IMG/VR virus record: IMGVR_UViG_3300021180_000005
Coordinates: 39,650 to 103,649 of that record
DNA: 64,000 bases
Direction: 5' to 3' (one strand)
Source of the DNA: a virus
Each line of letters begins with the position of its first letter. Within the stretch, counting starts at the first letter, position 1. Below the pieces are notes generated by a model, which was not told the origin of the DNA, made no database searches, and worked only from the letters and a program-made list of their open reading frames with translations. Both the position numbers and the translations under genes were made by a program. Of the stretch, positions 11,516-20,949 are shown piece after piece.

Positions 11516-12249
11516 ATTCTGAGCCATCGTTCTGGTACTATATCTATTGAATCTTCATTGCCTGTTCTAAACCACTGCTTAGGAGCTATCACGGTTCCTG
11601 TTTTGTCTGCCCCCAACCACGCGCCCCACCATGAGAACGAAGAATTGGCAATGATGGCATTCTTGCACTTACTCATTAACCATATGTCTTCATGCGGTGC
11701 ACAATTTACTCTAGTCATTGGGTATGGCAGTTCTAAATTATAATTCGCATCATCTGAGAACACAAAGAAGTGTGGATTAGAAAAATGTTTGGCGGCTTCT
11801 TGATAATAACTCATAGGCAGCGTACCATGTCTCTGTGCAGCCCATGTAAGGTAGTCCCCTCGTCTAACATGAAGCATTACGCTATTTGGTGTATCTCTGA
11901 TAATAGAAGCTACCACCTGAGCAGATGAACTAGGCGTATCCCTAAGAGTAAGTTCTGATTTTAGTTCATTTTCTACTATATTGAAATACCTCTCACACTG
12001 GTAATAACCTGCCAATATAGCCGGGTCTTCAATTTCTGGATTGGGGTCAAAACGCAGTGATCTCTCTGCAACCCATCTCCAGCCGGGATGAGGCAGTATA
12101 GGCAGCGCTATGTTGAAACGGTTGAGTTGACACCCATATTGATTGCAAGAGTCCAGCAGGCTTACCGAATGTGTTTTAGATAAAGAACGAGCAAAGGCAT
12201 ATTGAAATAGAGTGTTGCCTATACCTCCGCATAGATTAACGGATATCAT
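11512..12249 (-). CDS. GT11-family alpha-1,2-fucosyl/colitosyl-transferase
   Basis: GGIGNTLFQYA, GYYQCERYF, LHVRRGDY, FVFSDD, IIANSSFSWWGAWL; start reassigned to ATG 12249. Confidence 0.92.
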   Translation of the reverse strand: MISVNLCGGIGNTLFQYAFARSLSKTHSVSLLDSCNQYGCQLNRFNIALPILPHPGWRWVAERSLRFDPNPEIEDPAILAGYYQCERYFNIVENELKSELTLRDTPSSSAQVVASIIRDTPNSVMLHVRRGDYLTWAAQRHGTLPMSYYQEAAKHFSNPHFFVFSDDANYNLELPYPMTRVNCAPHEDIWLMSKCKNAIIANSSFSWWGAWLGADKTGTVIAPKQWFRTGNEDSIDIVPERWLRI

Positions 12250-12257
12250 TCTGAGTC

Positions 12258-13028
12258 CTAACTGTTGATCGGACTGGGCCATGTACAATGGCTCCACGTG
12301 CGATCCGCATGATCCCTGTAGTACTGTTCCTCTTCTGAGAAAGGCTTTTCTAAATACCACGGCGTATGCTCCATTACGTACGGCATGTCCATACGAATAT
12401 TTTGCCATCCTGCCCCAATCCATGGTGAATATGAATTGTAAATAGCAAAAGTGGTATCTATAGGTGCTAAAAACTCTCCAGAGGAGTGTTTTTTCTTCCA
12501 AAATACACCTTCACCTTCCCAACCTTTACCGTCTCCATTGGTGATAAAGTCTCTGCTTAAATCAGGTATATTGTCTAGTCTAAGGCCGGGACCTACCTTA
12601 CCACACCCCGGATTATCCTTAAGCAACCCTAGAAGCTTATCCACAAGGTCTGTTGGGCAACACTCTGACGGTATAAGATCAGAATCCGTCACCACGTATG
12701 GTGTTGCTTGCGTTAGGTGCCTCCCAGTGCTCCAAAAACCCCATGGACCTAGGTTAGCCTGTATTTCCACCGTTACGCCCTCTGGGAGGTCTCTATACCA
12801 CTCCAGAAGAGGTCCGTAGGTGCTAGCGTTGTCCAAAATGACCACTTTTACGGTGCCTGCCTTCAAAAGCCATTCTATTAATACTTTGGTACTGCTCAAC
12901 CTGTCTCGATTGTTCACGAAGATTGGGATGTCTGAAGCCTGTACTGGGGTAATTGGCGGTATGTCCACGTTACTTGTGGGACGTACTTGAACCGTGCTCC
13001 TGCTGAGGCGGCGTTTAGGAAAGTCCAC
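12258..13028 (-). CDS. GT2-like glycosyltransferase
   Basis: ILDNASTY, YVVTDSD, APIDTTFA motifs. Confidence 0.7.
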   Translation of the reverse strand: MDFPKRRLSRSTVQVRPTSNVDIPPITPVQASDIPIFVNNRDRLSSTKVLIEWLLKAGTVKVVILDNASTYGPLLEWYRDLPEGVTVEIQANLGPWGFWSTGRHLTQATPYVVTDSDLIPSECCPTDLVDKLLGLLKDNPGCGKVGPGLRLDNIPDLSRDFITNGDGKGWEGEGVFWKKKHSSGEFLAPIDTTFAIYNSYSPWIGAGWQNIRMDMPYVMEHTPWYLEKPFSEEEQYYRDHADRTWSHCTWPSPINS

Positions 13029-14320
13029 TGATCTTCTCCGGGGTAGTGTTTAAGGTCAAATCCGCCGATTTTCTCGAACATGCTTCTGCGGAATAAGCAT
13101 GTAACAGGAATGTAGTTAGCAGTTTTAACTTCATCATAGTTAAATTCCCTAGTGCGCCAAGTTTTTACAAAGCCTTCTTCTTGGCAATCACTGTATATAA
13201 CATCTGCGCCTTCACTGGCTGCTGCTAAAACTGCAATATGTTCAGGCATGAGGAGGTCATCATCATCACAAAAAGCCAACCATTCATATGACTGATCTAT
13301 GCCTTGTACAATGGTATTGCGCATTGTGGCGGCACCAACTTTATAGCAGTCTTCTTCCACAGCGTGCAAAATTTCCCCATCCCATGTCTGAGCTTTAACG
13401 GATGCCTTGCATTCCTCAAGAAGTTTACTTCTACTTGCCACTGTGGGAGTAATCACAGCTATTTTTCTTATTTTATGTTCTCTGCCCTCTGGGTTAAACA
13501 TTTCGTGTTCCCAATCATAAAATTCACGTATGTCTTTATTATGAAACCCACTTACTGGAGCAACTACACCTTGCATCCAAGCAGTGTGCTTATCATATAC
13601 CCACGATTTATCAAACTTTGACGGAGAGCCTTCTACGTAGTTTGTACGCGATAGATGTATGCTAATGGTACTGTTGTTGTGCTCTGGACCTCTGCCATAT
13701 ACATTCTCCTCATACCGAGTATCGTGGTGTATTTTTAAGTCTTCATGAGTATACACCAAGCCACCTGTCCAGCGGTCTTCGGCCCATGTTAGGACGTTTA
13801 ATACTTTTGTCACCGGAGCATTGTTCGGCCTATGTGGTGCCCTTGATCTTAAAGGTCTTCTATTTGGAGACACTACTACGATTGTGTCCTCTATGGGGAT
13901 ATGCGCAGTTGCCAATGGTCCATATGCTTTTTTACTTAACCAATAACCAGAGCCTCCAGTGGCATATGCAAAGCCGCCCTGCGGCCTGCACGCAAAGTTG
14001 CCAACATAATCGTATTTCTCAAACCCACTATTTAACAACCTGCTGGGACATACATATGTATCAGGGAAACACTTAAAAATAAAATCATACTCATGTTCCA
14101 AAGCCCACTTATACATAGCACGCGTTTTATAAGTAACATTCTGGTAGTCATCTGGGACATCTAAAAATACTTCATCAGGTTGAGAACAGATGCTCCCTTG
14201 TCCCATAAATATTCTGTAATCTGCCCCAGATACCAGAGGTAACCACGTGTCCCGCATTGCTTGATTGTTTCCGTTTGTGCGGAACAATTCGCAAGACAAT
14301 ACCGCTATGAGTACTTTCAT
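12914..14320 (-). CDS. Two-domain glycosyltransferase (GT31-like N-terminus + GT2 C-terminus)
   Basis: N-terminus paralogous to 6095..6787 (MRDTWLPLVSGAD); C-terminal WLAFCDDDD, IGGFD..GEDQW. Confidence 0.8.
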   Translation of the reverse strand: MKVLIAVLSCELFRTNGNNQAMRDTWLPLVSGADYRIFMGQGSICSQPDEVFLDVPDDYQNVTYKTRAMYKWALEHEYDFIFKCFPDTYVCPSRLLNSGFEKYDYVGNFACRPQGGFAYATGGSGYWLSKKAYGPLATAHIPIEDTIVVVSPNRRPLRSRAPHRPNNAPVTKVLNVLTWAEDRWTGGLVYTHEDLKIHHDTRYEENVYGRGPEHNNSTISIHLSRTNYVEGSPSKFDKSWVYDKHTAWMQGVVAPVSGFHNKDIREFYDWEHEMFNPEGREHKIRKIAVITPTVASRSKLLEECKASVKAQTWDGEILHAVEEDCYKVGAATMRNTIVQGIDQSYEWLAFCDDDDLLMPEHIAVLAAASEGADVIYSDCQEEGFVKTWRTREFNYDEVKTANYIPVTCLFRRSMFEKIGGFDLKHYPGEDQWTFLNAASAGARFKYVPQVTWTYRQLPQYRLQTSQSS

Positions 14321-14607
14321 TACTTCTCCGAGTCGTCTTTGTGATCATCCTTTTTAAATGCCCCTACAATCTTACCTATACCGTATGGTGCTGTAGAGAA
14401 TGTAGCAAGAGAGCCTATTACCAAGGGTAAGTTTCCCATCCACACCGATAGTTTATCAACAGGTTGTGACATCATGTGCCTAAATATAAACCATATCAAC
14501 GCCATAGATGATAACGACAACCATGTACTGGTTATGCGAGAGGAACTGGGAGAGCCATTCTCGCTAAACGCTTTACCAAGGAAAGACCAAACGCGTTCCA
14601 TGTTCAT
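14320..14607 (-). CDS. Holin-like membrane protein
   Basis: Two hydrophobic segments, PSSSRI motif, charged C-terminus. Confidence 0.5.
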   Translation of the reverse strand: MNMERVWSFLGKAFSENGSPSSSRITSTWLSLSSMALIWFIFRHMMSQPVDKLSVWMGNLPLVIGSLATFSTAPYGIGKIVGAFKKDDHKDDSEK

Positions 14608-14616
14608 ACTGTGCCT

Positions 14617-15750
14617 TTACTCGTAAAGTGGAGTATTAAACCCGTCTCCGTCTGCTGAGATAGGAGTAAATGGTGTAATTGTTCCAAGACTTGCAGGAAG
14701 AACTCCAGCTACTGATGGGTTAGCCGCCGTGCCACAACGTGTTGCGTTTTTAATATAAAGAGGCATGGCTCTAGTTCCTGCAGCGCTTTGAAGTACTATA
14801 CCTGTAAATGTATCTGCCCCTCCAGCTGTAGTGCTGGTTTGTGCATGCCAATATGTTCCGGGAGGTAGGGTTACAGAAGGGCTTATGGTATTTGTCTGGA
14901 CTGTAGGAGAGGTAAGACAGGTGAACGTCCCTGTGTCTAACAACTTGTTGCCTGCAAAACTATAAATACCAAATGCTGCCACTGGACCAATGGTGTTATT
15001 TGTACAACTAATACTGGCTTTAGATACAGTTATAGCCACGTCCAGTTGAAACAAATAAACAATTACTTTATTGGCTGTATTTACTCCGTTCACAGCAGTT
15101 GCTGATGGTGCTTGCCAACCTCCACTAGTAAAAACTGTACCTAAGTCCCGTATGCCGGGACCGTACATAAATGATGCACTACCAGAGAAAGAAGCAGAGC
15201 TAGCTGCTATGGTGGTTCCTCCGAAGGCGTCGGACGTGAGGGTAACGTTGGCTCCTGCGATAAGGTTGTGTACACTTTGAAGAGCGTTTGGTGTACCATT
15301 AGTTTGAAATACTGCACCTGTTATATTGACTGTTCCGTTTCCTGCATCGGATACAGATACACTGTTCTGTCCCTGCAAGTTCAGTAATAGTTGATTTACG
15401 TTCGGCGTGCCATTTACTTGCAATGCGAGTGCCGTGCCTATACCACTGCCTGTACCTACTCCCCCGACGCTCTGGTCAGTATATACCTGCGATATTTTGC
15501 CACCGAAGGCTACTACCAGTGTATACAGTCCGGGATTAAGATATACATCCCCATGTCCAAAGCCATCCGTCAACACAGGAAAGGTCAAAGGTACTAACCC
15601 TGCCGGATCAGAAAACGCAACTGCCACTGGTGTGGGAGGATAAGTAGTAATGTTAGCTGGTTGGTTACACCAGAATAACTGCGCACCCGGAATTGCTGGC
15701 CCTAAAACTGTTTTTACAAACTCGTCTACTCTGTATAAATTTGCTGACAT
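14617..15750 (-). CDS. Tail fibre/spike-like virion protein
   Basis: N-terminal head-binding-like segment (TDGFGHGDVYLNPGLY), repeated QxNGTPN..Q..LNL..G..V units. Confidence 0.6.
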   Translation of the reverse strand: MSANLYRVDEFVKTVLGPAIPGAQLFWCNQPANITTYPPTPVAVAFSDPAGLVPLTFPVLTDGFGHGDVYLNPGLYTLVVAFGGKISQVYTDQSVGGVGTGSGIGTALALQVNGTPNVNQLLLNLQGQNSVSVSDAGNGTVNITGAVFQTNGTPNALQSVHNLIAGANVTLTSDAFGGTTIAASSASFSGSASFMYGPGIRDLGTVFTSGGWQAPSATAVNGVNTANKVIVYLFQLDVAITVSKASISCTNNTIGPVAAFGIYSFAGNKLLDTGTFTCLTSPTVQTNTISPSVTLPPGTYWHAQTSTTAGGADTFTGIVLQSAAGTRAMPLYIKNATRCGTAANPSVAGVLPASLGTITPFTPISADGDGFNTPLYE

Positions 15751-15871
15751 ATTACTCTAGCCCCATGTCCATCCGCAGATACATTTCAAAACTTCTGCTA
15801 AGCTTGATTTTCTCAACTCGCGCCCACACAATGGGCACTTGCGCATCCAGAAGTACACAAAGCACCTCTAT

Positions 15872-16726
15872 TTACCAACTCAAAAAACTAAACTCGTTAT
15901 TAAGGTCCCCATCACTATTACCAAATGGAATGCGATGTATTGTCTCGTGCTGCATACGCCGTATATTAGCGTTTTTCAATGCGAACATTTGTGCAGCTGC
16001 TTCTGCTTTTAAATCCGCTAGACCCGGTGACCCCAACATGGTTGCGTATAGCACAGCAGTTTCAAACGCTAGGAAATCCGTACAATCAGGTACAGGTACA
16101 AACGTAGCGTTAAAATCCAGCGTTGGGCTGAAGAACTGAGGTAGAGAACAATAGTACCGCATGCGAATATCTCTCTGCGATGTTGCTCCTATGAAATTCA
16201 GCTTAAGATTACGCCATTCCCAGTATCTTAAATGCCTGCCTTGCAAAAGGCTAGGCAATCCCCCGGAGGGTGCCTCCATATCCCTAAAAGGATCGTTTGA
16301 CCCTGTAGAGCGTTCCCATAACTTTGTAGGGTACAACATATCATTTGGTAATATAAAGTTGGGCCAAATCTGTGTACCATCAAAGTACCCTTCTGGTCCT
16401 AAAAAGGTCTGTATCGAAGGGTCAGAACTGCCCATGCCTTGCGTTGGGCTGTTGATAATAGGCAAACCTGTGACAATGACATTATCACGAATTAGAACTG
16501 GATCACCTACTCCTCTTAGCGATCTGTACAGCTTTCGTATAGATGAATTAAGCATCGGTTGAACGAAAGGCGAGATTGCTGGATTGTCGGTAAAAATTTG
16601 TCCTTCTCCCGGCGTATTCGTAGCACCTGCCTGAGAGTCGTTAATGAGCGCCCTGATCAAATTACAAATTGTTTCCAAACTAGTACTGCTGTCCGCCTGA
16701 GGCAGATTAAGTGTAGGTGATGACAT
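15872..16726 (-). CDS. Putative head-to-tail adaptor
   Basis: Position in structural module; ICNLIRALIND N-terminus and C-terminal helical segment typical of adaptors. Confidence 0.5.
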   Translation of the reverse strand: MSSPTLNLPQADSSTSLETICNLIRALINDSQAGATNTPGEGQIFTDNPAISPFVQPMLNSSIRKLYRSLRGVGDPVLIRDNVIVTGLPIINSPTQGMGSSDPSIQTFLGPEGYFDGTQIWPNFILPNDMLYPTKLWERSTGSNDPFRDMEAPSGGLPSLLQGRHLRYWEWRNLKLNFIGATSQRDIRMRYYCSLPQFFSPTLDFNATFVPVPDCTDFLAFETAVLYATMLGSPGLADLKAEAAAQMFALKNANIRRMQHETIHRIPFGNSDGDLNNEFSFLSW

Positions 16727-16729
16727 TTT

Positions 16730-17731
16730 CTAATCCTTTAAAACTCTTAGCCATTGCTTGGCACTACGCCTAGCGTAAATAACCAGTTTTATACTGTTAA
16801 ACAACGCGCTTATAACACCTAGTGGACATAGCTGCCGAGATATGCCATTCTCTATGGCTTTCACATTTGTCTCTGGAACAATAGACAAGAAAGAAGCCCA
16901 CGGTACTTGAGAAGAACAAAGCAAAGGTGTATATACGGACACCGCATCTGCTGCAGTTAAGCAAAATGTTTCGGTAAAAGATACGCACATTGCTAAGTCC
17001 ATCTTGCTCATTGTCACAAGGAAAGCCCTACGCTCTAACCAAGGCAGTTCCTTAAGAGTATGCTGTGTATTAGCAAACAGAGACCTGAGATTCTTTAACA
17101 CTTCTTCTCCTCCCTGCTCTACTCTGGAGTTTACGTAGAAGTGCAGCTCTTTGCTTTTGTTATTGGCATAACTTATTGCTGCCATGGCTTGCTCTAGGTG
17201 GTTTTTCAGTGGACGTATTGCTCCGAAGCATCCTATATGCAATGCTGGATGTTTAAATTCACTATCATACCTAGTCTCTGGGTAGTAATTAGGAAGGTAT
17301 AAGAAACCTCTACTGCTGCCTGCTGCTTCTTTGAAAGTTTCTCTTGCTCTTTTATCGTTAAATGCTACGTACACGCCTCGCTTTATGTACTCAAAAACCC
17401 ATGACACCGCTACGCCTTCGCTGGCTAAGAATGGCACATCGCTATGCAGTCTTACTATCCACTTAACGTTTGGATGCAGATTTTTCAATATGTCGAATTT
17501 CTCTGGTACAACCCACAGAGCTTCTACTATAACCACGTCTGGTCTAAACTCGGTTACTTCTTTGTCTATACCGTTGTTATCCACTACGGTCACTAACTCA
17601 GCGTCAACTCCGTTATCTCGTAGCATATCCACTACAAACTTTGCAGAATTAAAAAGGCCGCTTGAATTGTAGTGGTGCTTACCACCGCCGTGTGTATAGC
17701 CATTTTTCTTAAGTATAAATAGTACTTTCAT
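16730..17731 (-). CDS. GT4-like (GT-B) glycosyltransferase
   Basis: IGCFGAIRPLKN, CVSFTETFCLTAADAV; start reassigned to ATG 17731. Confidence 0.75.
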   Translation of the reverse strand: MKVLFILKKNGYTHGGGKHHYNSSGLFNSAKFVVDMLRDNGVDAELVTVVDNNGIDKEVTEFRPDVVIVEALWVVPEKFDILKNLHPNVKWIVRLHSDVPFLASEGVAVSWVFEYIKRGVYVAFNDKRARETFKEAAGSSRGFLYLPNYYPETRYDSEFKHPALHIGCFGAIRPLKNHLEQAMAAISYANNKSKELHFYVNSRVEQGGEEVLKNLRSLFANTQHTLKELPWLERRAFLVTMSKMDLAMCVSFTETFCLTAADAVSVYTPLLCSSQVPWASFLSIVPETNVKAIENGISRQLCPLGVISALFNSIKLVIYARRSAKQWLRVLKD

Positions 17732-17992
17732 TGTCAAGTCTCCATTGCAGGTTTGGGGGTTTCTGTAATGGACTTGGCCAGTAGGTCCAAAGTATTTGCG
17801 ATATAAATAAGCATAGGGGGAGTGGAGCAATATACCTCTAACGGACTCAGATCGTTAGTTGTTTATACTCACACTCCCCCTAAGGTCTAGTGCTAAAATT
17901 ACATGGCACCCTACTAATTACACACTGCAATGCGTGACTCAGAAACGCTATGCGAGTTTTCATTTTCAAGTACCAAGCTTGGTACTAATCTC

Positions 17993-18577
17993 TTAATGAC
18001 GAGCAGCAATCTCTTTGCAAAGTGCTATGAATTCATCATGTGACAAACTTTGTTTTGCAAGGTTTGCATCCTTACAACATGGTACGCAGTTCTTTAGCGT
18101 ATAACCTATAGCTGAGTCTAAACGGTCAATTCCGTTATATGTGTAGGTATCATTACCTACCAAAGATAAACCACGTTTGGTTCTATTTCGTGAACTTACA
18201 GATGTGTATATGTTTGATGGTTCTCTACCTGTGTAATAGCAGGGAGATTCCGTAAGTTTTCTAAACTGTTCCTGAGTCAGTTCCCACATAATGCCACGGC
18301 TTTTAGCTTGACCTTTGTAATTTCCAAATAGTCCACTAAACTCTGGATTGCTCACTGTACGAAGACAACCACAGCTGCCTACACGGTTAGACCTTAGCTC
18401 ATTAGTAGGGACATTTTTAGTATTACCACAGTCACAAAAGCATTGCCACGCTGTGATTCCATTTTCACTGATGCGTTTTTGCACCACTAAGCGCCTAAAG
18501 CGCTGTCCTTCTAAGTCTAAGTGCGCTTTTATTTTTCTAGGTGCTAAATCTTTACTTCCTTTTGGTCTTCCTAACAT
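17993..18577 (-). CDS. HNH-type homing endonuclease
   Basis: WQCFCDCGN..SCGC N-terminal domain; NGIDRLDSAIGY...NCVPCCKDANLAK. Confidence 0.85.
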   Translation of the reverse strand: MLGRPKGSKDLAPRKIKAHLDLEGQRFRRLVVQKRISENGITAWQCFCDCGNTKNVPTNELRSNRVGSCGCLRTVSNPEFSGLFGNYKGQAKSRGIMWELTQEQFRKLTESPCYYTGREPSNIYTSVSSRNRTKRGLSLVGNDTYTYNGIDRLDSAIGYTLKNCVPCCKDANLAKQSLSHDEFIALCKEIAARH

Positions 18578-18579
18578 GA

Positions 18580-18655
18580 TACCTCCTTCAAAGGTCGAGA
18601 AGGGAGCAGTTGAAGGCTGCTCCCAACTCTGACTCAGGATTATAAGCCCTGAGGT
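18580..18655 (-). promoter_or_regulatory. Kissing-loop SD-sequestering RNA element, copy 1
   Basis: Stem GGGAGCAG/CUGCUCCC, loop CCUUCAA complementary to UUGAAGG in the ACCU/AGGU hairpin that covers the SD. Confidence 0.8.
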
Positions 18656-18664
18656 ATTAAAAAT

Positions 18665-19507
18665 TTACTTCTTTTCCATAGGCAGTTGAGGCGATGGCTG
18701 AGTCATAGTTTGTTTTGGGGCGTATTTCAAGTTCTCCGTAGCTTCAAAAGCTTGTGCCCTAGAACGTACACCTGCCTTAATTGCAGAATCCCAGTCTCCA
18801 ACGCACAGCCCACCACCTTCAAGAGCGTGGAACGGTGCTCCAACTTTGGCAGGTTGGCCACAACGTGGGCAACTGTCTAGGTGGACCTCGCGTTTATGCC
18901 AGTTAAAAGTTTCGTGAAAGTATTCAGCCGCTGCGTGATGCGCCGGGGTTAACATTGCTGATAGTGACGCAGGATTAGAAGTCTCTACTGCACGTGCTTC
19001 TGTAAGAAGTCCACGGTAATGCTGTTCTAACCTACGTGTAGCAGCGGCTAGCTCTGTCTCATTAGGCTTCTCGTTGGTAGACCAGAATACTCCCAGTCTT
19101 CCTAGATTTTGACCAACAGAGAAACTATTGGTAATGACTGCGTCTTGGTCTAAAGAAAGATTGTCAGGATTGACAATGTCCATAGCCATGCGACGACCAT
19201 CGATAACAACAATATCGATATCGTTTGAGTCTACATTTCCCTTTGGGAACTTAAAAGGAGAAGGTAGTGAGGTAACTACGGCGTACTTTTCCCCTTCCTT
19301 ACGTGCCGGAATGATCATCTCTTTGATCAGCGGTAGGCGGGAAATCTTATATTCTTGCTTTGCGATGTTGAATAGATATACAAAAAAATCTGCTGGGCGA
19401 CTAAGCATATAGTCGGCAGTAGAAAAGTTCCAATCAATATTGTTGGCTCTAGTCATACCGTCGCTTAGGTCTGGTCGTCCCTGAGGTCTGCTGCATGTTG
19501 CTTCCAT
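18665..19507 (-). CDS. Hypothetical protein (structural module)
   Basis: 280 aa ORF with strong SD AAGGAG; CxxC near C-terminus. Confidence 0.7.
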   Translation of the reverse strand: MEATCSRPQGRPDLSDGMTRANNIDWNFSTADYMLSRPADFFVYLFNIAKQEYKISRLPLIKEMIIPARKEGEKYAVVTSLPSPFKFPKGNVDSNDIDIVVIDGRRMAMDIVNPDNLSLDQDAVITNSFSVGQNLGRLGVFWSTNEKPNETELAAATRRLEQHYRGLLTEARAVETSNPASLSAMLTPAHHAAAEYFHETFNWHKREVHLDSCPRCGQPAKVGAPFHALEGGGLCVGDWDSAIKAGVRSRAQAFEATENLKYAPKQTMTQPSPQLPMEKK

Positions 19508-19548
19508 TTGTTACTCCTTGAGTCTTCTGAGTTTGTAATTCTTAGTTG

Positions 19549-20280
19549 TTAAACAGGGTTGGTATGTGCTGATAATCCACGTCCGAGTTTACTTGCCGTG
19601 GTCATCATTTTATTCCAATTCCTTTGCATAGCTTCTATTTTTTTGTCAATCAGCGCAGTACGACACCCTTGACGCTGATAAGATACAGGATTTCCCTTAA
19701 ATGGTACTGCGTTGCTTCTCATAACGTCTTCTATCATGGCAATATCTGCTTTATCTTCTCTTTCTTTCAAATCTGCCATAACGGCCTTGGTTTTTTCCCA
19801 ACTGATGTCTTTAGCCGCCACTATGATAGGAACCACTGTGTCTAGAAGGAACGTATTGAGAGGCATCATCTCAAATAAGAGCTTGCCGTTTCTCATTTCA
19901 CTCCAACGTAAATTGTAAAGCATTTGATAACGTCCACTGTATGGGTACTCACCTAGTATCTGCAAACCGGAATCTTCATCAAAGTTTTGTATATAATAAA
20001 TTTCCGGTGTACCATACTCCAACGCGTCGTGCCATTGTAAAAGTGCCCAGCAGGGAACTCCTCCCCCTATGAGAAGGTCTCGGTACCCTGTATAACCTAT
20101 CTGGTCTTCTCCAGCCCATGCACCTCCTGCTCTGTACATAGACCGTGGGTCTCCACCTTGCGACCAAACCAGTAAAAAGTTTGGATCATCATAGCGGTTA
20201 ACCCCACCAATAGCCGTGAGTCTTTCTTGAAATTCTTCAGGGCATAAATTCTGCTGGTAACTAGCTGTTAGACTGGGCAT
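19549..20280 (-). CDS. Hypothetical protein (structural module)
   Basis: 243 aa ORF with SD GAGG. Confidence 0.7.
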   Translation of the reverse strand: MPSLTASYQQNLCPEEFQERLTAIGGVNRYDDPNFLLVWSQGGDPRSMYRAGGAWAGEDQIGYTGYRDLLIGGGVPCWALLQWHDALEYGTPEIYYIQNFDEDSGLQILGEYPYSGRYQMLYNLRWSEMRNGKLLFEMMPLNTFLLDTVVPIIVAAKDISWEKTKAVMADLKEREDKADIAMIEDVMRSNAVPFKGNPVSYQRQGCRTALIDKKIEAMQRNWNKMMTTASKLGRGLSAHTNPV

Positions 20281-20545
20281 TATTCATTGCCTCTCGCTGT
20301 GCTTGTACTTGCGCTTTTTTCACTTCTACATACACGTCAATTTCCTGACGATCTGTAATTCCTAGTTTCTTTTCTAGGATGAAGTTAAGCAGTAACGCTG
20401 CAGTGTCTGCCATGCCCATAAGCTCATTGTCATTAGAAGCTAGCTTCATAAACAACGTGTGTGCCTCACGTCTGGACATAGGAGCATCCCAGTACTTATC
20501 GTAAGGTTGTTGAATCGGTGAATCTGAACTTATGATCTGAGTCAT
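20261..20545 (-). CDS. Hypothetical protein
   Basis: SD AAGGA; ATGA overlap. Confidence 0.6.
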   Translation of the reverse strand: MTQIISSDSPIQQPYDKYWDAPMSRREAHTLFMKLASNDNELMGMADTAALLLNFILEKKLGITDRQEIDVYVEVKKAQVQAQREAMNNAQSNS

Positions 20546-20949
20546 TTGTTCCTTTCAATATAATCAGCTACTTTTCTCATCCTATCAGGATTGTCATTGA
20601 ACAAGCCCATACCTCTGTTGCATTTAGTATGTACTATACCTCTTATTTTACCTGTCAAGTGGTCATGGTCTACTGGAGGGAATCTATCGCCGTTTTCTTT
20701 CTCAGGTAGAGGTTCTTCGCAGGCTGCGCATAACCCTTTCTGCTCTTTCCATCTTTGTGCATATTGCTCTGGTGTTAATCCAAAGCTACTTTTTAATGAG
20801 CTTTTTCTATGGGATTCTATGGTTTTTTCTGGATTTCTATTTCGCCATTCCTTAGTATGTGTGTTCTTGCACTCTAAGCAAACTAATCTCCCACCCTGTT
20901 GCACCTTAACATGACCCTGTGGACATGTAGATGTACTTGGCCTACCCAT
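20542..20949 (-). CDS. Endonuclease VII-like homing endonuclease
   Basis: QKGLCAAC...VDHDHLTGKIRGIVHTKCNRGMGLFNDN. Confidence 0.88.
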   Translation of the reverse strand: MGRPSTSTCPQGHVKVQQGGRLVCLECKNTHTKEWRNRNPEKTIESHRKSSLKSSFGLTPEQYAQRWKEQKGLCAACEEPLPEKENGDRFPPVDHDHLTGKIRGIVHTKCNRGMGLFNDNPDRMRKVADYIERNK

